DNA from: the human T2T-CHM13v2.0 reference genome, Homo sapiens
Length of the DNA: 64,000 bases
Strand: one strand, 5' to 3'
Assembly: GCF_009914755.1 (NCBI RefSeq)
Contig: NC_060947.1
The notes under the pieces: model-generated
Seen by the model: the letters and a program-made list of their open reading frames with translations, nothing else
The model's database searches: none
Told to the model about the DNA's origin: nothing
Shown here: positions 40,401-53,264 of the stretch, piece after piece
Position numbering within the stretch: position 1 is the first letter of the stretch
Layout: each line of letters starts with the position of its first letter
Position numbers and translations under genes: made by a program

Positions 40401-43400
40401 ATATATTATATTCGTAGGTGTCGTAAAATAACGACATATATATTATATTTGTAGGTGTCGTAAAATACCGACGTATATAGTATAGGTGTCATGAAATACC
40501 GACGCATATATTATATTCGTAGGTGTCGTGAAATACCAACGTATATCTTATATTCGTAGGTGTCGTGAAATTCCGTCGTATATGTTATATTCGTCGGTGT
40601 CGTAAAATACCGACGTATTTATTATAGTCTTCCGTGTCGTAAAATACCGACGTATTTGTTATAATCGTCGGCATCGTAAAATACCGACGTATATGTCATG
40701 TTCGTCAGTGTCGTAAAATAACGACATATATATTATATTTGTAGGTGTCGTAAAATACCGACGTATATAGCATAGGTGTCGTGAAATACCGACCTATATA
40801 TTATATTCGTCGGTGTCGTGAAATACCAACGTATATCTTACATTGGTAGGTGTCGTGAAATTCCGTCGTATATGTTATATTCGTCGGTGTCGTAAAATAC
40901 CGACGTATATGTTGTATTCGTCGGTGTCGTAAAATACCGACGTATATGTTATATTCTTCGGTGTTGTAAAATACCGACGTATATCTTAGATTCGTCACTG
41001 TCGTAAAATACCGACATATATGTTATATTCGTCGGTGTCGTAAAATACCGACGTATATCTTAGATTCGTCGGTGTCGTAAAATACCGACATATATGTTAT
41101 ATTTGTTGGTGATGTATATGTTATATTCGTTGGTGTCGTAAAATACCGACGTATATCTTAGATTCGTCGGTGTCATAAAATACAGAAGTATATCTTATAT
41201 TCGATGATGTCGTAAAATACCGACGTATATCTTATATTCACTGGTGTCGTAAAATACTGACTTGTATCTTACTTTCGCAGGTGTCATAAAATACAGGTGT
41301 ATAACTTATAATCTCAGGTGTCGTAAAATACCGACGTAAATCTTATATTCGCTTGTGTCATAAAATACCGAAATATATGTTATATTCACAGGTGTCATAA
41401 AATACCGATGTATATGTTATATTCGTCGGTGTCGTAAAATACCAATGTATCTGTTATATTCGTCGGTGTCGTAAAATACCGACGTATATGTTTTATTCGT
41501 CAGTGTCGTAAAATAACGACGCATATGTTACATTCGTCGGTGTCGTAAAATACCGACGTATATAGTATAGGTGTGAAATACCGACGTATATATTATATTC
41601 GTAGGTGTCGTAAAATAACGACATATATATTATATTTGTAGGTGTCGTAAAATACCGACGTATATAGTATAGGTGTCGTGAAATACCGAAGTATATATTA
41701 TATTCCTGGTGTCGTAAAATAACGACATATATATTATATTTGTAGGTGTCGTAAAATACCGACGTATTTAGTATAGGTGTCGTGAAATACCGACGTATGT
41801 ATTATATTCGTAGGTGTCATGAAATTCCGTCGTATATGTTATATTCGTCGGTGTCGTAAAATACCGACGTATATGTTATATTCATCGGTGTCGTAAAATA
41901 CCGACAGATATCTTAGATTCGTCAGATTCGTCGGTGTCATAAAATAAGGATGTATATGTTACATTCGTCAGTGACGTAAAATACCGACGTATACCTTATA
42001 TTAGTCGGTGTCGTGAAATACCGGCGTATATATTATATTCGTAGGTGTCGTAAAATAACGACATATATATTATATTTGTAGGTGTCGTAAAATACCGACG
42101 TATATAGTATAGGTGTCGTGAAATACCGAAGTATATATTATATTCGTAGGTGTCGTGAAATACCAACATATATCTTATATTCATAGATGTCGTGAAATTC
42201 CGTCGTATATGTTATATTCGTCGGTGTCGTAAAATACCGACGTATATGTTATATTCGTCGGTGTCGTAAAATACCGACGGATATGTTATATTCGTCGCTG
42301 TCATAAAATACCGACGTATATCTTAGATTCGACGGTGTCGTAAAATACCAAAGTATATCTTATATTCGATGATGTCGTAAAATACCGACGTATATCTTAT
42401 ATTCACAGGTGTTGTAAAATACTGACATATATCGTACTTTCGCAGGTGTCATAAAATACCGATGTATATGTTACATTCGTTGGTGTCGTAAAATACCGAC
42501 ATATACGTCATATTCGTTACTGTTGTAAAATACCAACATATATGTTATATTCGTCGGTGTCGTAAAATACCAACTTATATCTTTTATTCGTCGGTGTTGT
42601 GAAATACTGACCTATATCTTTTATTGGTCAGTGTCGTGAAATACCAACGTATATCTTATATTCGTAGGTTTCGTGAAACACCGACGTATATATTATATTC
42701 GTATGTGTCGTGAAATACCGACGTATATCTTATATTCTTAGGTGTCATCAAATGCCGACATATATATTATTATCTTAGATTCGTCGGTGTCGTAAAATAC
42801 CGACGTATATGTTATATTTATAGGTGTCATAAAATACCGACGTATATCTTATATTCATAGGTGTCATCAAATGCCGACATATATATTATATTCGTAGGTG
42901 TCATAAAATAACGACGTATATATTATGTTTGTTGGTGTTGTAAAGTACCGACGTATATATTATAGGTGTCGTAAAATACTGACCTACATATTTTATTTAT
43001 AGGTGTTGTAAAATACCAATGTATATATTATAGGTGTCGTAAAATACCGACGTATATATTATATTTATAGGTGTCATAAAATACCGACGTATATATTATA
43101 TTTATAGGTGTTGTAAAATACCGACATATTTATTATAGGTATCGTAAAATACTGACGTATATATTATATTTATAGGTATCGTAAAATACCGACATATATA
43201 TTATATTTATAGGTATCGTAAAATACCGACATACATATTACAGGTGTCGTAAAATACCGACGTATAGATTATATTTGTAGGTGTTGTAAAACACCGACGT
43301 GTATATTATATTTATAGGTGTCGTAAAATAACGACATATATATTATATTTATAGGTGTCGTTAAATACCGATATATATATTATATTTATATTTATCGTTA

Positions 43401-43409
43401 AATACCGAC
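25431..43409. repeat. ~18 kb CpG-dense, AT-rich satellite/VNTR; 37-bp consensus GGTGTCGTAAAATACCGACGTATATGTTATATTCGTC (~500 monomers by length), with 31-bp variants and higher-order structure
   Basis: Continuous head-to-tail monomers; variants recur in fixed orders; no interspersed TE. Confidence 0.98.
30697..41767. repeat. Internal duplication with 5,910-bp period (30697-35857 matches 36607-41767)
   Basis: ORF-track peptides recur at exactly +5910 (32748/38658, 34031/39941, 34105/40015, 34891/40801); line-by-line near identity. Confidence 0.92.
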
Positions 43410-43465
43410 ATATATATTATATTTATATATATCATTAAATATATATTTATATAATATATTTAATA
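43410..43465. repeat. Short AT-only terminal monomers of the array
   Basis: tatatcattaaatatatatttatataatatattt matches the left-hand AT unit. Confidence 0.8.
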
Positions 43466-46400
43466 AATGTTTATTGAATTTCATGGAAATTTTACCCAGG
43501 CAGAGTTGGGCATTCTGTTTTAATGCCAAACAAACATGAAACAAACTTACTCCACACAACCCTGATAATAACCAGCCAATATTTTCTTTTTTTTTCTTTC
43601 TTAGCCCATTTATTTGCCCATACATCTGTAATAGAGACACACTGTGAGTCAGGTTTACATTTTCCCAGCAAACAGAATCATCAAACAATAGGATTTTAAA
43701 GATCTGTCTTGCTTGTATATAGGTTGTATTTCCCTAATTTTGCATATGTTAGCATTTCACCTGTTATCATCTGTGGAGTTCCCTAGATTCTGTTTCCTTC
43801 TGAAATCTGATTTCAAAAGAGGAGGAATGTTTATAAAATGTTTTATGTGCCATATCTTATATAAATATGAAAACCACATTTTCATATGGGAAAAAAATTA
43901 TAATTATTATACCTTCCTTACAATTACGTTGCTCAAAGAAAGTTAATAACTTATCCATATCATTGAGCTTTTCAGTGCCAGAGTTTAGATTTTTATCCCG
44001 GTCTGCTTAACTCCAATGCGATTCTCTTTTCTAAAGCATAAGACCAAACAAAACTATTGTTATCTTATAAAGATTACATTTCCATTGGAAATGTCACATA
44101 ATAGAAATTAAAATCTAGTATAAAGTAGGCCACTATAATTCTTTGATTCAAAAATATGAAATGGACTTTTTCCCTCTGTATCAACCTTCCATGCACCATT
44201 TCCCAACATTTTTCATTCTTTTCAAGCTGATATTCACAAAACTTTAAGTTAGAATAATGATTGTGAAACAGCATGAAACAAAGAAAGCTAAAAATACCCT
44301 AAAAGGTGAATGAATACAGGAAAACACTTTGCATAACTTGGTAAGGATGAATTTAAAATAGTTTATATTGCATAACTTTTAAGACAAAAAAACTATTGCA
44401 GAATACAATTTTCCTGCACATTACATTGAACATTTTATGCCAATTACATTAACATTTTTCCGATTCATGTTTTAGCCTGCAATCATGCACTAGATCTCAG
44501 AAAACTCATATGAAAAATAAAACAAAAACAAACCGACATGAAATAGACAATTGCTGGTCACAGTGGTAAGATAATAATTTTATGCCATAAGAAAACACAA
44601 CCAGAATATTTTCCTAGGTAATAAACTGTGTTTCCTTTTGAAATATTTACTACTAGACACTTCATCTCAATCCAGTTGAAACAACCTTTAAAACATCCCA
44701 AAGGAGTGCCATACTCTGTTCCAGAGAATTTTTGTATGTGGCTTCTCTTCGACACCCCTTAGTAATCTATTGCTAGTTTTCTCTATCTTCTCTTTTTCCT
44801 TGTTTTGTTCAACCTGAAGTGTCTCTCTTCCCACAGGCTTTAAAACATTTATATTAGTGTTTGTTGGGAGGGAATCTTGTAATGAATACATTATTAATAA
44901 ATCATTAATAACATTTATTAATGGATCATTAATATTTGCTACCTAGATATCTGGCTTTCTTTTTGTGGGTTTCATTTTCCATACTACCATGTGATCATTT
45001 AAGTCAAAGATGGAAAATAGATTTCATTTTGTGTTCCATATTCAAATAGATGGTAGTGGCATGCTACATTGAGATAAGAGTAGGAGATTATGTCTTCTTT
45101 AAATGAAGAAAAGTTACATGAACATAGATAGTTGGGTGGGTGGCTAGTGATGACAGTGTGCTATGTATTTCCCATTTTGATTGAAAATGTAGTCACTATT
45201 GAAAATATTTTCCTGTTGTATTAATTGAATATGCCCCCAAGATACACCTCTCTGATCTAGTCATACAAACTGTGAGAAGAATCTAGGATTTCTTGTAACT
45301 GCTGTGTTGTCCTAGACTGCAATATATTCCATACTAGCATTTATTGAATGCAGACTCTGCATTAGGCACAATTTTAAGTTGTTTACAGGTGTGTTAGTTA
45401 CTGTTATTATCTTCAATGTGCAGATTAGGTAACTGAGGAAACGGGGTTAGGTAAAAACACTTCAATTTCCTTCAACATATACTTTCTTTAGATAAAATGT
45501 TTTTGAGGAGTATAAGGCTATGGAAGAACAGGCAGCATTCTTGTTCCTGAAATGGTTAGTTAAATGTAAGTACCATTTATTGGAATTGATTTCAAGGCCA
45601 TAATTCACAAGTCAGACAGTGAACAATCTTTACCCTTGTACAGGATGCCTAAATTTTCTTAATTTCTCCATTGGACAGACAATACTTGGGAATCATCTAT
45701 GAAGTTGGTTTAAAAAGTTCAACTCTTTCAAGTTGTTATATTTAAAAAGATCATTATGACTAACAACCAATTCACTTGCTGTGAGAAGAGGTGGATGTGA
45801 GTCATAAAATAACTTTTAAGTCAGAAAATTGGATTTAATTCAGACTTTTCCTCCTCTTACATCAATTGAATGACAGGGATAAATGAACTTGATTTAGCTA
45901 GATTTAGAATTGGAGTTGTCTTTCTTATCTATCAAAAGCATGGCAGGACTGATCATCTGGATATCATCAGCTGATGATCAAACATGTCAAATTAATGCAG
46001 AAAAAATAAAATAATTTGTGGCATTATATTCTATAATTTATTATGTTGATTTATGACACTTTATTTATTGCAAAAATATGGCATCAAAATTTGGAATTTT
46101 ATCTACATTACGAATTGGGTAAAGTAACTTTTAATTACATTGTATACTTTAAGAAATGTGTTAGCCATTCTACTGCAATTGTAAAAATATGTCCACCCAT
46201 TAAATTTAAAACCTCCTAATTGAGATAATTCTAATACAATTTTTAAAAATTCTTCAAAGCTTCAAAAACTTCATATTTCTGATCTTGTAATAAGTATAAA
46301 ACTAAGAGATGCTTTTTCTGTGTAAGCAATGATTGTTAATATAATAGCTATTGAGTTTTCTCTTTTAGTTGAAAGCATTGTATTTTGACATCAGAAGTTA

Positions 46401-47075
46401 CATGTGAAACAATAATTGTTATAATAATTTAATTACCCACTTTAAATGACCGTATATAATGTAGTTGCTAATATATGCTGTTTTTTCTACAGAACATCAT
46501 TGACAAGATTATGTACATATTCACTATTAGCTTCGAGAACTTTTTATGTACAAAAGGCTAGTAAAAGCGCATTCAAAATTACATGTTTTAGGCTGAGGTC
46601 TCACTCCTACAGTGCCTTCAGCAAAGTTTTTGGCCTCAGATCATATTCTCAGGCAAATTGTTTTCTATAAAAACTTCCTTTCTGTATTGAAAGGCTGAAG
46701 GAATAAAATAAGGAAAAATCCCTTCATTTCTCTCAGACAGTGCAAAGGGAGAAAAATTCTCTGGATAAATACACTGACAGTTTTATTTAATGATTTGAAT
46801 ATAAATTAAATAAGTGTTTAAGAAGTAGTTTAGCTAGTTATACACTTCCTTCATTTAGACAAATAATACAATCACATTTTTTGGCATTATTGGAAATAGC
46901 ACACAATTTAGGGTCAGTTATTTCTAATTCTGATCATTCAAATTTCAAGCTCTTTGACTTTCTATGTTTTTAACATTGGCCAAGTCATTAATCTCTTAAA
47001 TGTTCAATGTATTCAATTTAGAACTTTATAAAATGTATAAAATATAGCTAATAATACAGGTACAACCTACTTCAT

Positions 47076-47240
47076 GACAGAATACAACATCCCAAAATAT
47101 TCCACTCTGGCATATTGGCAATTTCAGTTAAAGGCACTTAAAAAACAGCAGATTCAAGAAAAATGCTCTGATCTTCCTTCTCCCTTTTGTTTCTTAAAAG
47201 CAGAAGATGAAATTCCCACTTGAAAGAAGTCCTCCCTATA
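47076..47240 (+). mobile_element. MER34-like ERV1 LTR 5' fragment
   Basis: tgacagaatacaacatcccaaaatattccactctgggcat...aaaggcacttaaaaaacagcaga. Confidence 0.65.
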
Positions 47241-47603
47241 TGATATGGCTTGACTGTGTCCCCACCCAAATCTCATCTTGAGTTGTAGCTCCCATAATCC
47301 CCATGTGTCATGGGAGGGACCCAGTAGGAGGTAATTGAATCATGGGAGTAGATTTTTCCTGTGCTGTTCTTGTGATACTGAATAAGTCTCATGAGATCTG
47401 ATGGTTTTATAAAGGGTAGTTCCCCTGCATGTGCTTGTGCCAGCTGCCCTGTAAAGTCATGTATTTGCTTCTCCTTTGCCTTTTGCTATGATTGTGAGGC
47501 CTCCCCAGCCATGCAGAACTGTGAGTCCATTAAACCTCTTTTCTTTATAAATTACCCAGTCTTTGGTATGTCTTTATCAGCAGCATGAGAACAGACTAAT
47601 ACA
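47241..47603 (+). mobile_element. THE1 (C/D-like) MaLR solo LTR
   Basis: tgatatggcttgactgtgtccccacccaaatctcatcttg...gaacagactaataca; perfect TSD CTATA. Confidence 0.95.
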
Positions 47604-47769
47604 CTATATCAGAAAAAAAGTAACATTCTGCATACTGGGTGAGATAGAGACACATAAATGCCTCAAATGATCATTTACCAATGTGCTATGTGTTTATGGA
47701 GTGAAAAATAACTTTAAAAACATTTTAAGATATCTTGCATAGGCATAGGACATAAAACATTTTTTTCCT

Positions 47770-48095
47770 TCAGAGGTTTTCTCAAAATGTCACCTATTTA
47801 GTGTAATCTTCCCTGACCATTGTATTTAAAACTGCAATCTCTTCCTCTCCCAGGTATAACCACCTCAGAGTACCTCTTACTGTCTTTTCAGGTATTATTG
47901 TTCTTCTTAATATTTATCACTTTCTGACTTATATATTACAAATATATTTGTTTGTTTGTGTCTCTTCACTATATTTTGAACAGAAATTTTATTTTTCTAT
48001 TTTGTTCAATACCGTTTCCCCAACTTTTGGAATAATGACTGGCACGTAATAGCTGCTCAATAAGTATTTTTTAAATAGATAAATTAGTAAGTGAT
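47770..48095 (+). mobile_element. L2a 3' end
   Basis: aaatgtcacc...ttccctgacca...ctggcacgtaatagctgctcaataagtatt. Confidence 0.7.
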
Positions 48096-48218
48096 CAGAA
48101 AATGCTTTATATAATGGCCAACAAAGACATATAATTTTAAAATATATGAATTTTCACTTTATTGATTTATTGGCTTTCAGTTCACAGTGATTTATGACAT
48201 AAAACTTATACATTTTCA

Positions 48219-48621
<403 letters not shown>

Positions 48622-49508
48622 TTATTAAAAAGCCCTGGGGACATCTCTTATCAGATATTCGAACTGAAAATTTAGTATATGCAATCAAGTTGGTTTCATA
48701 AATACATTTTAGAGAAAATAAAAACTAATAGTATAAACAATACATCCCAGATTAATTTAAGAATTAAAGGTGTTATTTATTTTTATTTCAAAAATAAAGC
48801 AATTATAAAAAAATTCAAGTCTCTTTGTATCTGAACTCTTTTCACACCTTAATTTTATTTTATACAGTTACCTTAGAATGACAGTCACTTTATTTTCAGT
48901 TCTTGGACCCTACAAAAAAATGCTGCAATAAATATCTTTGTATATACACTCTTACAAATTGATATCCAAATCTTCACACTTTTTCATCAGGGTGTTAAAA
49001 TACAAAGACCCCTACATATCTGCCAATATTAAATGTGTTACTATTTTATATTGGAAGAGACTAATATGATAGCTCTTAATCACTTTAACTGTGATTTCCT
49101 TGACTTAGTAAATTTAAAATGTTTTTCATGTGGAATGTTTACCATTTTGGGTTGATCATCTCTGAAGTGTCTAGTCATCTATTTCCCATTCTTTTCTATT
49201 GGGATTTTTACATTTTTTCCTCGTCAATTTAAAAGAACTATGTATGCATTACAGAAGTAACTTTTTGTCTTTCTAGAGTAGTTTTGGTTTCTGTCAAAAT
49301 AATTACTAACCTGAGTTCTTGGTTCTCTCCTCCCAAAATATAAACTCTGGCAAATTATAGAAAGAATATAGAATACAGAAATCTGCAACAACAAGGAGAA
49401 AAATCCCTGGATGTCAAAAGACTGTTTTAACTTTCTGCAGGAGAAAGGTACGTGTCTATAGTCTATAGCAAGAGGCATCAGGTTCAACTCTGAAATAATA
49501 AATTTGAG

Positions 49509-49690
49509 TAGTGGTTCTCAAAGTGTGATTCCAGACAACCAGCATCAATGTCACTTGGGAAATTGTTAAAAATGCCAATATGGGGGCCCCGCCTTGGATT
49601 TACTGGATCGGAACACCTGGCTGTGGTGGCCAGTAAACTGTTAGAACAAGCCTATCAGATGATTCTCATTCAGAGTGGAATGTGAAAACG
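49509..49690 (+). mobile_element. MER5A
   Basis: agtggttctcaaagtgtg...cagcatcaatgtcacttgggaaattgttaaaaatgc...aacaagcc. Confidence 0.8.
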
Positions 49691-49749
49691 AATAAATTTT
49701 TGAAAAAACTGTTGAATTTTGTTCTTCCATTCTCCTTGCCATTTCCTTT

Positions 49750-50260
49750 GTAACAATTAATATCTGCTTCTTCACTACAGTAATCCTGAGGCAATAACTC
49801 AGACCACTGACTGAATAGACAAATGGACTATCCCAGATCATGTGTGAAAACAGAACTCTGACCTACAGCCTCTACTGAAAGCAGCCCAGGAAGTCAAACC
49901 ACTTACATAGCAATCATCCCAGAATAGTCAGGACTTGATCAGGGACTGCAAGCTTCCCTATTTTTTATTCCCAGCTTTGGACTAGGGACTAACAAGAGAA
50001 AGCTGAATATGCTCCCCAAACCAATCAATCACCTAAGATTCCCCACTTCTAGTTAGCATGCCTCTAGCTTTTTCATGCCAACAACCTCCAATCAGAACAT
50101 AATTGATGCTTTCCCTTTTTCTATCATAGTTTTTCCACTTCCCTGCATATCTCTGAGTCTGCCAAAATCAAGTGATGTTGGTTGACTTCCTTACTGTAGC
50201 AAGTTCTAAATAAACAGCCTTTGTTTGTTTTCATTTGGTTGGTCTTCATTTATTTCCACA
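49750..50260 (+). mobile_element. ERVL-type LTR (MER77/MER21/MER68-like)
   Basis: aacagaactctgacc...cagcccaggaagtcaaaccac...gtcaggacttg...aataaa...atttccaca; left boundary approximate. Confidence 0.6.
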
Positions 50261-51264
50261 CTGCTAATGCAAGTGTAAATAATTCTAATATCAGAGCAGT
50301 GTATAAAACACTGCTGGGGTGAAGGATTGCTACTAACTGGAGTGTTATTTACCCTCCTCCACTCTCTTTTTCCATTCCCCCAGTTAGTGGTCTACTATGG
50401 TCTTCTGAGGATTTAAAATTGAAACACAGACCTGAAGAGTTGTTTGGTTAAGTGAATGATTAACTATGGTTCTATGGCCCCTGGGCTTTTCACAACAGAA
50501 CTTGTTCACCTCCTCTCTGGAAGTAGTTCTTTTGGCCCTGAAAAATTAGCACAATCTGAGTAGCCAGTATCCCCAGGTGAATAAGAGCTCACAGGCCAAA
50601 ATAAAGTTATGCCTTAGGAGACAAGTCTGCCTCAAAAGACTGTTTTCTTTAAAAAATAAAATTCAAACATATATCCTTTTAACTTTACATTTTTTTATCT
50701 TGGTTAGGGAAGACTCCAACACCCTTCAATTTTACGTGTAGGCTTTTAGATTTTCCTGCAAGATTTTTTAATATTTACATTTTAAACTTTAGTACATCTG
50801 GAGATTATTTTTGTTTCCTCTATAAGATAGAGTCTCATTTTCATTTATTTCTAGATTAAAGAAGCATATATGCTATTAAAATGCATAAAATAGTTTATCT
50901 TTCGTTGTTAAATTCAGCCACTGAATTTGTCATATATTAGTTTCCCATATGTCTTAGTATCCGAAAACACAATGATCTGATGTAGACACAAAAGATTATA
51001 TTCCATAGTTATTCCTCCAAATATCTTATAGGATCTTTTTTTTTCTAAATTCTCTCCTCACTGCCACACCCTCTTCAAAAAAAATTATATTAAAATTCCC
51101 TCCTTACTGCCATACTACCAACAAAAATCCTATTGAAATTGCACTAAACTTGTTGTTGTTGATTTTAAAGTATTAACATACTTGCAATATGCAATCTTTC
51201 GCTATACAAAAATCAGAATCTGGGGTTGTTGTCCAACTTTCCACAATTTTCCTAGTAACCATAA

Positions 51265-51713
<449 letters not shown>

Positions 51714-51982
51714 CTATTTCCACTCATTTTATAAACTAAAAATCTATTTCATAGATTTGGTGCTGAAAATATCTTTCCTCCCTTGTTTCTGGACCTGTAA
51801 GGTTGTGAGTCAGGTGCCATTGGCAATCCCATTGCTGCTAACAGGCAGAGACAAAGCACATTAAGATAATCAGAGTCCTGACGGCATTTAAGTCCATAGT
51901 TCCTATAATTTCTGAGACTAGTTTCACTTCTTTCCATCATGTAGTTTGGATATTAAACCAACAGATTTCACTTTTTGCTTAA

Positions 51983-52373
<391 letters not shown>

Positions 52374-53128
52374 TTACATAGTTAACATTTTTAAATGTCT
52401 AAAATGTATTCATGTCTCTATATTACAAATTAATTTTGAATTTTCCTCAACTAGGTTTTAAGTATTTTTATTTAAGATGCTATCTAGTTAGATAATATAT
52501 TTTGTTCTTATACTAATGTGCTGTGTCCCTACTTAATATTTCTACCGATTATTTCTGATACGTAGAAAAGTTAGTGATTGTTGTACATTTGTTTCTTCAC
52601 CAGCCAACTATGCTATTTTACTACTAAAATATTTGTTTTTCAACTATTTCTTTTCTGTTTTGAGATAAATTGAATTTTTTTACTTGTCCTTCAACTAATA
52701 GCATGCTTTATTTCTGTTTTCTAAACATTTCAGACATTATGAAATTATATTCTATATTGTATGTATATAGATATACATATATACATGTGTATGCACACAT
52801 GTACGTGTGTGTGTAAAATACATTATATGATATTTGGGATTACGGGGCTAGAAACAATTAGAAAGTTACTATTTATCTTGGCTATTCAGTTGACTTTTTA
52901 GAAAAAGAATAAATAACAGGGAAATTATTTGATAATATAAATTATCAAAGCAAAATTAGTCATGTTTGTTCAAGAAATACAAGAGCCATAAAAAATTTGT
53001 ATAGGTATATTTTCTAGCTATTCATATCACAATATTAAACTATTGAACTAATGTGAGCACTTAATTCCCTATAAATCTGAACTTGTAAAGTTGCTTTAAT
53101 ATATATTCCTTTAAAAATAAAAAAATGA

Positions 53129-53190
53129 ACTCCAGCCTGAGTGACAGAGTGAGATTGTCTCAAAATAAATAAATAAAACAAACAAATAAC
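53129..53190 (+). mobile_element. 5'-truncated Alu 3' tip
   Basis: actccagcctgagtgacagagtgagattgtctcaaaataaataaa. Confidence 0.8.
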
Positions 53191-53264
53191 ATAAAAGTCA
53201 TAAAATAGGTTTTCAAAAAATTATTTTATTTTTAAAATTATTGCACATTAAATTTTGATTGATA

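Noticed and set aside
25836-42184. Many Y/I/T/R-rich ORFs on the - strand
   Set aside because: These are readthroughs of a 37-bp unit cycling through frames; they are short, repetitive and lack gene structure.
25431-43409. CRISPR-like array (palindromic ~37-bp repeats)
   Set aside because: No unique spacers (all sequence is monomer variants), no cas genes, and the context is human.
25431-43409. Foreign or contaminant DNA suggested by the CpG excess
   Set aside because: The array grades continuously into native AT repeats at both ends and has no coding content; only spanning reads would exclude it formally.
25431-43409. Nucleosome phasing (4 x 37 = 148, 5 x 37 = 185)
   Set aside because: Numerology without data; 31-bp and deleted monomers break the register often.
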